DNA of 64,000 nucleotides. Source: a virus. Shown here piece by piece: positions 1 through 9,127 of the stretch. The position numbers and the translations under genes were made by a program. Position 1 is the stretch's first letter, and the number at the start of each line of letters is the position of its first letter. The DNA is taken from IMG/VR virus record IMGVR_UViG_3300006001_000012; one strand, 5' to 3'. The notes beneath the pieces are model-generated. The model was not told the DNA's origin. It made no database searches and saw only the letters and a list, made by a program, of their open reading frames with translations.

Positions 1-1
1 A

Positions 2-238
2 CTGGCTCCTGATTGGAAATCTACCAAACTTTTGGCAGACTCCAGTCCCGAAGCAAAAGCAAAAAGACAATTGGTATATTTTATCAATGACAGAACGGGA
101 GGATACAGATACAGGTATGAATGGGAAAGAGGGGCGGGAGCGAATAAAATACTTTATACATTTAAACCTGTCAGAATGAATAAAAGAAAAGCCTCAAAGT
201 CTATTTTGTCCAATGTTCAATTTATTACTTATAACTAA
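2..238 (+). CDS. 3' part of a crAss-like IHF/HU-related protein (truncated by the window start)
   Basis: Frame 2 is open from the window edge: LAPDWKSTKLL...QLVYFINDRTGGYRYRYEW...LYTFKPVRMNKR. This resembles the conserved crAss-like 'IHF subunit' gene that precedes the tail tubular gene. Its TAA overlaps the next ATG. Confidence 0.6.
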   Translation: MAPDWKSTKLLADSSPEAKAKRQLVYFINDRTGGYRYRYEWERGAGANKILYTFKPVRMNKRKASKSILSNVQFITYN

Positions 239-1623
239 TGGACAACAGCCTTCAATATACTTCGGTGTACCGCATTATCTCTAAGATTTACAGAGACACC
301 AATCAAGCGGATATAGACGAATCTGATCTTATTGAATGGATAGGAGAGGCTTTGGAATTTATCAAAGCTCCCGAAGTATTTCAGCACAATGTGGCTTTTC
401 TCAGAGTGCAGGGATATGAAACAGACATTCCCAAAGGTTTTAAAATGGTTACTCAGCTTGCCAAATACAACGGAAAACCAGAAAAGAAATATGTATATGA
501 AATGCCTTGCATGTTAAGAGAAGAATTAGAAAGGAACAGATGCAGAGCAGAAGATACAAGCACAATCATTACGATAGAAGAAAAGAAATGGAGACACTTC
601 TTTCCCGTGCAGGAATTTGCGCATCCTTTGTATTTTTACATCGGGACGGAAGATAAACTTGTATTTCAGGGAAGAGATTTCATGTTTGACACGCAAGCAG
701 AATGTCAAGCTCACGGACTATATATATCAGACGTAGAATTTCCCATGATTCCCAAACCAGACGGCACTTCGGAAAGAGCTACCAACGGTTTTCTTAAATC
801 CAGACATCATACGGGAGCATGTCCTCCTGTTACGGCTCGCAGCATATACGAGATTTGTTCCGTATGCAAAGAAGTAATCGTGCCCAGACAAGAAGTAAGA
901 ACTACACGCGCGGTTGCCCCTGTAACTCCTGTTGTTCCTGCAACTCCAGATCCCTGCAATTGCGAAAAAGAACCCATTGACATATTAGAGAGAGAGAAAT
1001 TCTATTTCGATACTCCTTATTTATACAATGCGCTTATCGCTGCTCCTTTATACAGAGAAAACTTTAGTCCCATAAGACTTGCCAACCATACCTTTTTTAA
1101 CACTTTAGTATGCAAAGAGAAGGATCAAAGTCCTTATGAGTTGCATCGAAATCCCTATGGAGGATATAATAAAACAAACGAAGAATATACTCTGGTAGGC
1201 ACTGCGGAAAAGAAAATCAGATTCTCTTTTAAAGAAGGACATGTGGCTCTTTCTTATGTGAAAAATGCAATAGACGAAGAAACAGGATACCCTTTAGTGC
1301 CAGACAATGTATATTGTATTTCTGCTATCGGATATTACGTGAAATGGAAAATGGCGGAAATGTATGCGTGGAACGGAAGAGAAGGGTACGATAAATTAGC
1401 GCAACAATATCAGGTGTCTTGGCTGAGATACATCAAGATGGCAAAGAATGATTTGAAAATGCCCAAATCTCTGGATCAATTGCAGAATATGCTTGAACAG
1501 ACGCATCATTTAATACCCCGTCATAATATGTACTATGGTTTTTTCGGTAATTTAGGAAGAAGAGAAAACCGCAGTTTCAATGACCCCGAAGGAAGAAGAA
1601 TGAACCGATTTTTAAACCCTTAA
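238..1623 (+). CDS. Tail tubular / ring protein (crAss-like, P22 gp4-like)
   Basis: N-terminal IDESDLIEWIGEAL and C-terminal VALSY...DEETGYPLVPDN...AIGYYVKWK segments resemble crAss-like Ttub. It lies between the IHF-like gene and the stabilisation protein. Confidence 0.7.
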   Translation: MDNSLQYTSVYRIISKIYRDTNQADIDESDLIEWIGEALEFIKAPEVFQHNVAFLRVQGYETDIPKGFKMVTQLAKYNGKPEKKYVYEMPCMLREELERNRCRAEDTSTIITIEEKKWRHFFPVQEFAHPLYFYIGTEDKLVFQGRDFMFDTQAECQAHGLYISDVEFPMIPKPDGTSERATNGFLKSRHHTGACPPVTARSIYEICSVCKEVIVPRQEVRTTRAVAPVTPVVPATPDPCNCEKEPIDILEREKFYFDTPYLYNALIAAPLYRENFSPIRLANHTFFNTLVCKEKDQSPYELHRNPYGGYNKTNEEYTLVGTAEKKIRFSFKEGHVALSYVKNAIDEETGYPLVPDNVYCISAIGYYVKWKMAEMYAWNGREGYDKLAQQYQVSWLRYIKMAKNDLKMPKSLDQLQNMLEQTHHLIPRHNMYYGFFGNLGRRENRSFNDPEGRRMNRFLNP

Positions 1624-1624
1624 T

Positions 1625-4600
1625 ATGGCTGCCGATTCAGACGATATAGACCAAGAGGACGAACAAAGAAAAAAAAGAAAAGAGGCAAGAGACAAGAAAG
1701 CCGCAGGGATACAGCGCGTCTATAAAGGTCTGCATACTGATTTTTCTTATCATGATCAGCCTGACGGAGCGGCTACTTTTGTGCTTAACGGAGTCAATGA
1801 GACGGAAGAAGGAGATATGAATTTTATCTCCAATGAACAATCCAATAGAGCGCATGGTTTCATTAAATCGGGTTATACCATAGTAGGCAGGGTCTATATG
1901 ACCAATAACGAAACTGCCATATTTTCAAGAAGAGACGATTTGATATTAGGAGGAAAACAGTGTTGCGAAATAGGAATTTACAACGATAAAACAGGAAGTT
2001 ATGTTCCTCATGTAAATGCGCAATTGGGATTTCAGTTAAATCATCAGGTACAGGCTACTTTCAGATTGAGAAGAGGATGCGAAAGAGTAGTGTATTTTAC
2101 TGCTCCCAAGCCTATGATCTACAATTTTGACAAACCTAATAATTTCAGGAAGTATGCGACTATCACCAGAAAAAAGGCAGTATCGGAAAGTTGTGATTGC
2201 AGAACAGACGAACCAGGAGTATGCGAAGGATGGGACATAGAAAAATTCAGTCTGTTTAAAACATATAATTCAGTTCCTCAATTTGACAAAATAGAAATTA
2301 CGGGATCGGGACAATTAAAACCTGGTTCATATAATTTTGCGGTACAGTATTTAGACGAAGATTTAAACCCTACGGAATGGATTACGGTTACTGATACAGT
2401 CATCATTTACAATGACAATTATTATCGTTCTTTTGAACAAATCAGAGGTTCTACCAATCTTAAAAACGCCTATCAGAATTTTCAGCCTACCAACAAAGGA
2501 GTAGAACTTATTCTGTCAAACATGGATACCAATTATCCGTTTTACAGAATTGCCGCAATCTGCGCAAATTCAGGCACGGGATTAATTAATGAAGTATTAT
2601 ATTCTCCCGAAAAATCTGTGTACGACACTACCTTTCATTACGGGGGAGAAACGCAAGGATGGGTTAAGGGCACTATCGAGGAAGTACAAGGATTTAACAA
2701 CATCATTACTTCTGCGGAACATATTACGCAATTAGACAACATATTAGTATTAGGAAAAACTAAAAGTAAAAATGTAGATTATTGCGCATTACAGCAATAT
2801 GCTTCCAGAATAAAAAGCGAATTGGTAACCAAACAAATCACTTTAAACAGAATTGATCAAGCAGGAAATCCCAAAAGAGGAGAAGTACATACCGAGAACA
2901 GCATGGGATATATGCCAGGAGAAATTTATTCTTTCGGCATTGTATATGTATTTGAGGACGGAAGCACTACTCCCGCATACCACATACCAGGAAAGAAACC
3001 AGGCGATTCTACCAATATGGGAAATATTGATCCTGTCGTAAACAGCAGTGATAAATACATGGCAAATGCAGGATGCGACGGTGATCCAGGAAATTATTGG
3101 GGAGTTGATTATATGGGTCGTCCTTTGGCGGAACAGCCTATTCGACATCACAGATTTCCTTTTCGGCATGAAAGAGATATTGGCGAAATACCTTTAGTTA
3201 CAAAAGGAGCGGCTACGGGAGGAAAAATATATTCTAATACTATTGTAGTCAATCTTTTGTTTACGGTATCCAGAAATACAGGAACTGATTCAGATGCTTC
3301 TAAAAATGCCAGCGTGCAAAGAGTTAATTTCAGATTAACTTATCGAACTTCTCTTGTTTCTAAAGATGAAGATTTTGAAGTGCCTGTAAGCGGATATGGC
3401 ACGCTTATAAATTTTAGCAAAACTTTTTTTAATATACCAGGACGATTAATAAGTTCGTCAGTGGCAAGAACGGGATATTCTCCCGTTAATCCGTTTAATG
3501 AAACCGCCATAATAAACGGACCTTATACAACCAAAGCCTCTTCAAGCGAATCAGACACTTCTGATACTATTTATACTACTCATATCATGGGTATAAAGTT
3601 TACAAATATCGATCAACCTCTTAAATCAGTAACTAAATCAAACGATGAAGTAATAGGATATTACATTGTCAGAAACGAAAGAACTGAAGAAAACAAAACC
3701 ATACTTGATACGGGAGTAATGACTCCTTTGGTTCGTGAATCTTCCGATCACGGAAAAAATTTCTTTTTTGCGGCGCATGGGTTTCTTTTGCCTTATTACA
3801 GCGGAATACCTTCTGATCCCTGGCACCAGGAAGATTCTTCTTGGGGCACAAGAAACGCTAAAATCGAAGGAAATGCTTATGCGGTAATTCATCCCGAGTT
3901 TAAATTCAATAAAAAAGAATATCTGATTAATGCGGATATGATTGCCATGACGGGAGTATATGGACGTACTCGCACATTAAGCGCTAGTTCCAGAGATGAA
4001 CATGAATTCAGATCTGGACCCGTAGTATATCATGAAGTAACGCAAGACGTGGCGCCAGGCACTTCTCATACGGATCAAGACAATGAAAGAGACGATGACG
4101 GTTTTGATTTAAGGATTCATATCAAGGATAACGATATGGTATGGAATGTTTGTAATCCAGGCAGACTTGAACATTCAGGCATATATAAAACCAATCGAGA
4201 CGAAAAAAGTCAAATAAAAGACGCATTTTATCTGGATGCTTTATTCAGCAAAACATTAAAAGAAAACGGAACTGGAAACCGATTTGACGTATATAATCTT
4301 TCTTCTGACAACAGAATAGGGATTGTACAATTTGAAGGAGCATATCCAAATTATGCGTTTCCCGTAATGTCCACCAATAATGATTTGCCTCATATAATCA
4401 TGAGCAGACGATTAAATAGCGTATATGCCAATTTCAGAGTGCTTCCTTATTATAAAGAACATGTAAACATAAAAGGTTTTATCAATAATCCCGATCCTCC
4501 TCACAGAACATCAGGCGAAATTTTTAACGGAGACAGTTACATCGGTTCTATGCGGTATGTATCTTCCATGTTTTATCGGGTAAGAATGAAAGAAAGAGAC

Positions 4601-6550
4601 AGAAGCGTATCTTGGAAAGAAAGAATTTGGCAAGGAGTGCAAATAATAGGAGGCGCGGCATTGATACTTACGGGAGTGGGAGCAGGCGCGGGAGTGGCTT
4701 TGATAGGATTGGGAGTAGCAGGCATCATATCGGGAATTAAAAAAGAACAAGCCAATAAAGTATATCAGGAATTGTATGAAAAAGGATTGGTGGAAACAGT
4801 AAGCGATGATTTTACGGGTCATTATCTGTGGCATCAAAACGCTTCGGATATGGGCGATGACGAAATACAATGGGTAGCAGACATACTTACTCCTCTGTGG
4901 TTTGAAACAGGGGTAAATATCAATTGGAGAATGGGAAGCAATACGGGAATAACAGATTTTCTGGATTCTCCCGCTTCTGATTCTCAAGACGATACCAAAA
5001 GATACATGGTAGATAAACTTACCAACAACGACAACAGAAAGAAAGGAGGAAAAGCCTATTCGGGAGTAGTGAAAGCGGAGATTTATGACATTAATCCAGA
5101 CTATAAAAGAAGAGAAAGAGAAAAAGTATTTGAACACTTGGGATTGGAATATTCTTGTGCTTGCGCTACTTCCTGCGCAGAGTCATTCCCTCATCGAATT
5201 GCTTATTCTCAACAGTCTTTTCAAGAAGAACTGACCGATAATTTCAGAGTATTCTTGCCTAACAATTACAAAGACATAGAAGGCATGACGGGCACTATTA
5301 CAAATCTGTTTACGATGAAAAACAATTTGTATGTGCATACCGAAGAAGGTTTATGGCATTTGCCTCAGCAGATGCAGGAAAGAGTTACCAATGACGTAGT
5401 TTCTTTTATCGGAACGGGTTCGTATTTCACTATTCCTCCCAGAAGAATAGTAGATGACGCTACGGGAAATTCAGCGGGCACTATTCATAAATGGGCTACT
5501 GTTAAAACCCCTCACGGAGTATTCTTCGTGGCAGAGAAGCAAAGAGAAATTTATCATTTTAACGGAGAATCTCTTCGTTCTTTGAACAAAGGAATGAACA
5601 GTTGGTTAAAAGACAATATTCCGATGACGCAGGGTTATGGATATAATAATCCTCATGCAGCGGACGGAATGGGATTTCTGGCAGCATATGACAGCAGAAA
5701 AGAAAGAATATTATTTACTAAAATAGAAAAACGATATGATTTTATTTCAACTGCTATTTTAGATAATTCATGGACTTTGGGATATTCTATTAAAATTGAC
5801 AATTGGCTTTCTTTCTATGATTACAGACCTAATGTATATCTGAGTTCTCCTTCTGAATTTTATTCATGGAAACATGTGTCTGCCGACAAAGTAAATAATA
5901 TATGGATACACAATGTGCCGTATAGATATCAGAATTTCTACGGCGAAAATAAACCTTTCATAGTAGAGTATGTGTCTGTGTCCAATCCTTTAATCACCAG
6001 AATATGGGACGGGATTAAAATTATTTCTCAGGCAAAACAAATTCAATTTGGTCCAAATAATCGTCATACAAATGAAAATAACATCATAGAATTAAAAGAT
6101 GTATTTTTTAATAAAGCTATATTTTATAATTCAAGACAATGTACGGGGATGCTTAATTTAGTTCCTAAAAGTCTGCATATGGACTCTTCTGCTTATCTTT
6201 TATTCCAAACTAAGAATGAAGCAGGATCGGTCATCGTAAAACGCAATGAAACAGATTGGGAAATCAATGAATTAAGAGATATAAGATCATCTTCTTCCGT
6301 GCCTATGTTTACAGAATCTCTTCGAGCTAAGCACTACTCTGGAGTTACTCATTATATTGATAAATTAGTCAATACTTCTGGATTAAATCCAAACAAAGAT
6401 TGGATGCAAATGGAAAGTTTCAGAGACAAGTTTTTGGTTTGTCGGTTTATATTCGATAAATTTGAGTTTAATGACGTTCCTAATTTTAACAATAACATTA
6501 AATTAATTTTAAATTATACACTAGATACTGAATATCCTTCTTTTCGCTGA
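1625..6550 (+). CDS. Tail stabilisation / muzzle protein (crAss-like Tstab, P22 gp10-like)
   Basis: 1641 aa and beta-rich, with FVLNGVNET..GD..FISNE, G.L.PGSY.FAVQY, GYMPGEIYSFGIVY, FPHRIAYS and WLSFYDYRP segments. Synteny after Ttub supports the call. Confidence 0.75.
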   Translation: MAADSDDIDQEDEQRKKRKEARDKKAAGIQRVYKGLHTDFSYHDQPDGAATFVLNGVNETEEGDMNFISNEQSNRAHGFIKSGYTIVGRVYMTNNETAIFSRRDDLILGGKQCCEIGIYNDKTGSYVPHVNAQLGFQLNHQVQATFRLRRGCERVVYFTAPKPMIYNFDKPNNFRKYATITRKKAVSESCDCRTDEPGVCEGWDIEKFSLFKTYNSVPQFDKIEITGSGQLKPGSYNFAVQYLDEDLNPTEWITVTDTVIIYNDNYYRSFEQIRGSTNLKNAYQNFQPTNKGVELILSNMDTNYPFYRIAAICANSGTGLINEVLYSPEKSVYDTTFHYGGETQGWVKGTIEEVQGFNNIITSAEHITQLDNILVLGKTKSKNVDYCALQQYASRIKSELVTKQITLNRIDQAGNPKRGEVHTENSMGYMPGEIYSFGIVYVFEDGSTTPAYHIPGKKPGDSTNMGNIDPVVNSSDKYMANAGCDGDPGNYWGVDYMGRPLAEQPIRHHRFPFRHERDIGEIPLVTKGAATGGKIYSNTIVVNLLFTVSRNTGTDSDASKNASVQRVNFRLTYRTSLVSKDEDFEVPVSGYGTLINFSKTFFNIPGRLISSSVARTGYSPVNPFNETAIINGPYTTKASSSESDTSDTIYTTHIMGIKFTNIDQPLKSVTKSNDEVIGYYIVRNERTEENKTILDTGVMTPLVRESSDHGKNFFFAAHGFLLPYYSGIPSDPWHQEDSSWGTRNAKIEGNAYAVIHPEFKFNKKEYLINADMIAMTGVYGRTRTLSASSRDEHEFRSGPVVYHEVTQDVAPGTSHTDQDNERDDDGFDLRIHIKDNDMVWNVCNPGRLEHSGIYKTNRDEKSQIKDAFYLDALFSKTLKENGTGNRFDVYNLSSDNRIGIVQFEGAYPNYAFPVMSTNNDLPHIIMSRRLNSVYANFRVLPYYKEHVNIKGFINNPDPPHRTSGEIFNGDSYIGSMRYVSSMFYRVRMKERDRSVSWKERIWQGVQIIGGAALILTGVGAGAGVALIGLGVAGIISGIKKEQANKVYQELYEKGLVETVSDDFTGHYLWHQNASDMGDDEIQWVADILTPLWFETGVNINWRMGSNTGITDFLDSPASDSQDDTKRYMVDKLTNNDNRKKGGKAYSGVVKAEIYDINPDYKRREREKVFEHLGLEYSCACATSCAESFPHRIAYSQQSFQEELTDNFRVFLPNNYKDIEGMTGTITNLFTMKNNLYVHTEEGLWHLPQQMQERVTNDVVSFIGTGSYFTIPPRRIVDDATGNSAGTIHKWATVKTPHGVFFVAEKQREIYHFNGESLRSLNKGMNSWLKDNIPMTQGYGYNNPHAADGMGFLAAYDSRKERILFTKIEKRYDFISTAILDNSWTLGYSIKIDNWLSFYDYRPNVYLSSPSEFYSWKHVSADKVNNIWIHNVPYRYQNFYGENKPFIVEYVSVSNPLITRIWDGIKIISQAKQIQFGPNNRHTNENNIIELKDVFFNKAIFYNSRQCTGMLNLVPKSLHMDSSAYLLFQTKNEAGSVIVKRNETDWEINELRDIRSSSSVPMFTESLRAKHYSGVTHYIDKLVNTSGLNPNKDWMQMESFRDKFLVCRFIFDKFEFNDVPNFNNNIKLILNYTLDTEYPSFR

Positions 6551-6568
6551 AAGATAATTAAGAAAAAA

Positions 6569-9127
6569 ATGAAAAAGCTCCGCAGACAAAAGTATTTAAC
6601 GGGTTCTCCGATACAAGGAGTAATCCAAAATCCGCAAGATGCAGTGGTGCAGGAGCAGATCAGAAGGACTAAAGCGCAATATGAAGCGGAGAAAAATCCC
6701 TGGATAATGGGTTTAGAAACAGTGGCGGGAATAGGAATGGGGATATTGGGAGCAAAATACGGAGGAGGAATGGGAGGAGGTTTCGGGAATATGGGAGGAA
6801 AACAGCAACAACCTGTTCAACCTGTTCAACAACCTCCTCATGGGTTTCAATTTCAACCTCAAATAAAACAACCTGCTCAATTGCAATGGGATTTACAAAA
6901 TCCTAACTCAGATTATAGATTAGGAGCTTATCCTGGTCAAAGAGCTGCTTACGGAGGCATAGTTCAAGGTATTGATCCTCCGAGAGTAAAGACTACCAGA
7001 TTATCTAAAAGAAAAGAAAAAGCATATCAGGAATGGAGAAGCAGACTTCCTCAGAATTTGCAATACGAAGAAGATTATGATTTGAGAGGGTTGTATAAAA
7101 GCGATCCTAATGTACAGCCTTCTGCCGATTTGCATTTTCCCGATACTTATAAATTGCCTAATCATCCTACGTTTTCAGACGAAAGCATTTATTTCAATGA
7201 TAAGACCAGAGAATGGGCAGGACATTGGAATCAAAGAGATGACGGTTCAACGGAGTATGTTCCATATAATCCCAAGAATAAAATGCCTGTAAGAGAAGAA
7301 CCTCAGATGGCATACGGGGGAAGAGTGCCTCAACAAGTGCCTATTGAAGCAGAAGGAGGAGAATTGGCTCAGATGCCCAATGGTCAAATGATGGGTTTTC
7401 AGGGGCCGAGTCATGAACAAGGAGGAATTGACGCCACTCTTCCAGAAGCCACCAAGATTTATTCTAACAGAATAAGCGTGGACGGGGTTTCTATGGCAAA
7501 TAGGAAAGGAAAAAGGGAAAAAAGAAGAGTAAGTCTGGAAACTTTATTGGCAAAGAACAGACATGACGCATTAGTTGAAAATGCGCTTAACAGAACTATG
7601 CAGACTAATCAAAAAGAAGAAGAGAATGATTTGCAGATACAAGAAACAATAGGAAGATTGTTGCAGGAACAGGAAGCAAGGGAAGGAAGATTGGATGCGA
7701 TAATAGGAGAAGAACAGGCTATGGGCACGGGGAATAAAGGGTTAGTAAAACCTCCCGATCTGCTTGATACTCCGTATAATCAATTATTAATGAAATATTC
7801 TAAACCTATTTATAATACGCCAGGAAATGACAGCGATTACAGATTAGTTCCAGGCACTTCTTCAAAAACAGATAAATGGTTAAAAGAAGAAAAGTATTGG
7901 AAAGACAAACAACTCGCAGAACAAAATGATCCTAAATATCGAAAAGAAAGAGATGCTTTCTGGAAACAAGAAGAAAAGAATTTTCAGAAACGTCTTGATA
8001 ATTATGACGTTAATAATTTTAACAAATATCCCGATAACGGCAATAATGAATATTATAGACAAATAGAACTTGAAAAATTACAACAACAGTTAAATCAAAA
8101 AAGCAAATTTCCTTATGGTACAAGTTATTTGGAAAAAAATCCTAAACTGCCGTTAGTGCCTATGGGAGTAGCTGGTATTCCTTCTCCTCCCAATCCTACG
8201 TTAAGCGGAGAAATCAGAACGAAAGTTTCTCCGTCTTCATTGGCTGTCGAACCTGCCGCAAAACAAAAGAACAAAAAAGGAAATTTCTTCGGCAATCCTA
8301 CATTGGGAGATTTAATGGGCATTGCAGGCAATTTATATCAGGGATTTGCTCCTTATTTTAATACGCTTGAAGGTCGCTCTCTGGATACTCCCAATATCAA
8401 TCCTTATGAAAATTACGGGAAACAGGGATTGCAGACTATGGAAAATGCAAAAGGATATATAGATCAAGTGACTGCGGCTAAAATGAGAGAATTGGATTTC
8501 TCTACCAACGCGGGAATACGGGAAGGAAGAAACAGCGCACAAGGCATCAATACCATGAGAGCGATGAACCTTGCCACCAGACAAGGAGCAAACAGGCAGA
8601 TGAATGAAATTTATAATAATTCTGCGCAACAGATGTTGGGATTATTGGGACAACAGGCAGGTATGCAGAACGAGCAGGATAAAATGGTAATGCAGGGAGA
8701 TTATGAAAGGGATACCAACAATAGAAAAGATCTCGATGCGTTCTATACTCAGTTAGGTCAGAATAAAGTAGATATAGGAAGGAATATAGCCAAAGCGGGA
8801 GAATATTTCAATGACATAAAAGAAAGAAATACAAGAGGAAAGGCTACCAATAACATGGGAAAATACATCGGAATAAATCCCATGACGGGAGAGTATTTTG
8901 TGAAACCTGACGCGCCTACCAGAGGAAACGGGGGGAATGTGAAAGCAGAAATGGCTGAAGCAAGAAGAAATGCGGGGTATGAGGACGACAAAGAATGGAA
9001 TAAACTCAGCAATGCGGAACAAAATGAAATCTATCATAATCATTTTCTTAATGTAGAAAAAGAAAATGAGAGAATTGCGGCTCAAAAGAAAGTTCAACCT
9101 AAACAACAAGCTAAAGCCAAAAACTAA
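6569..9127 (+). CDS. Probable virion cargo/ejection protein
   Basis: Gly-rich hydrophobic segment near the N-terminus (WIMGLETVAGIGMGILGAKYGGG), EAEGGE and GPSHEQGGI motifs of crAss-like structural proteins, and Q/N-rich helices. Lies between the muzzle and vRNAP genes. Confidence 0.6.
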   Translation: MKKLRRQKYLTGSPIQGVIQNPQDAVVQEQIRRTKAQYEAEKNPWIMGLETVAGIGMGILGAKYGGGMGGGFGNMGGKQQQPVQPVQQPPHGFQFQPQIKQPAQLQWDLQNPNSDYRLGAYPGQRAAYGGIVQGIDPPRVKTTRLSKRKEKAYQEWRSRLPQNLQYEEDYDLRGLYKSDPNVQPSADLHFPDTYKLPNHPTFSDESIYFNDKTREWAGHWNQRDDGSTEYVPYNPKNKMPVREEPQMAYGGRVPQQVPIEAEGGELAQMPNGQMMGFQGPSHEQGGIDATLPEATKIYSNRISVDGVSMANRKGKREKRRVSLETLLAKNRHDALVENALNRTMQTNQKEEENDLQIQETIGRLLQEQEAREGRLDAIIGEEQAMGTGNKGLVKPPDLLDTPYNQLLMKYSKPIYNTPGNDSDYRLVPGTSSKTDKWLKEEKYWKDKQLAEQNDPKYRKERDAFWKQEEKNFQKRLDNYDVNNFNKYPDNGNNEYYRQIELEKLQQQLNQKSKFPYGTSYLEKNPKLPLVPMGVAGIPSPPNPTLSGEIRTKVSPSSLAVEPAAKQKNKKGNFFGNPTLGDLMGIAGNLYQGFAPYFNTLEGRSLDTPNINPYENYGKQGLQTMENAKGYIDQVTAAKMRELDFSTNAGIREGRNSAQGINTMRAMNLATRQGANRQMNEIYNNSAQQMLGLLGQQAGMQNEQDKMVMQGDYERDTNNRKDLDAFYTQLGQNKVDIGRNIAKAGEYFNDIKERNTRGKATNNMGKYIGINPMTGEYFVKPDAPTRGNGGNVKAEMAEARRNAGYEDDKEWNKLSNAEQNEIYHNHFLNVEKENERIAAQKKVQPKQQAKAKN

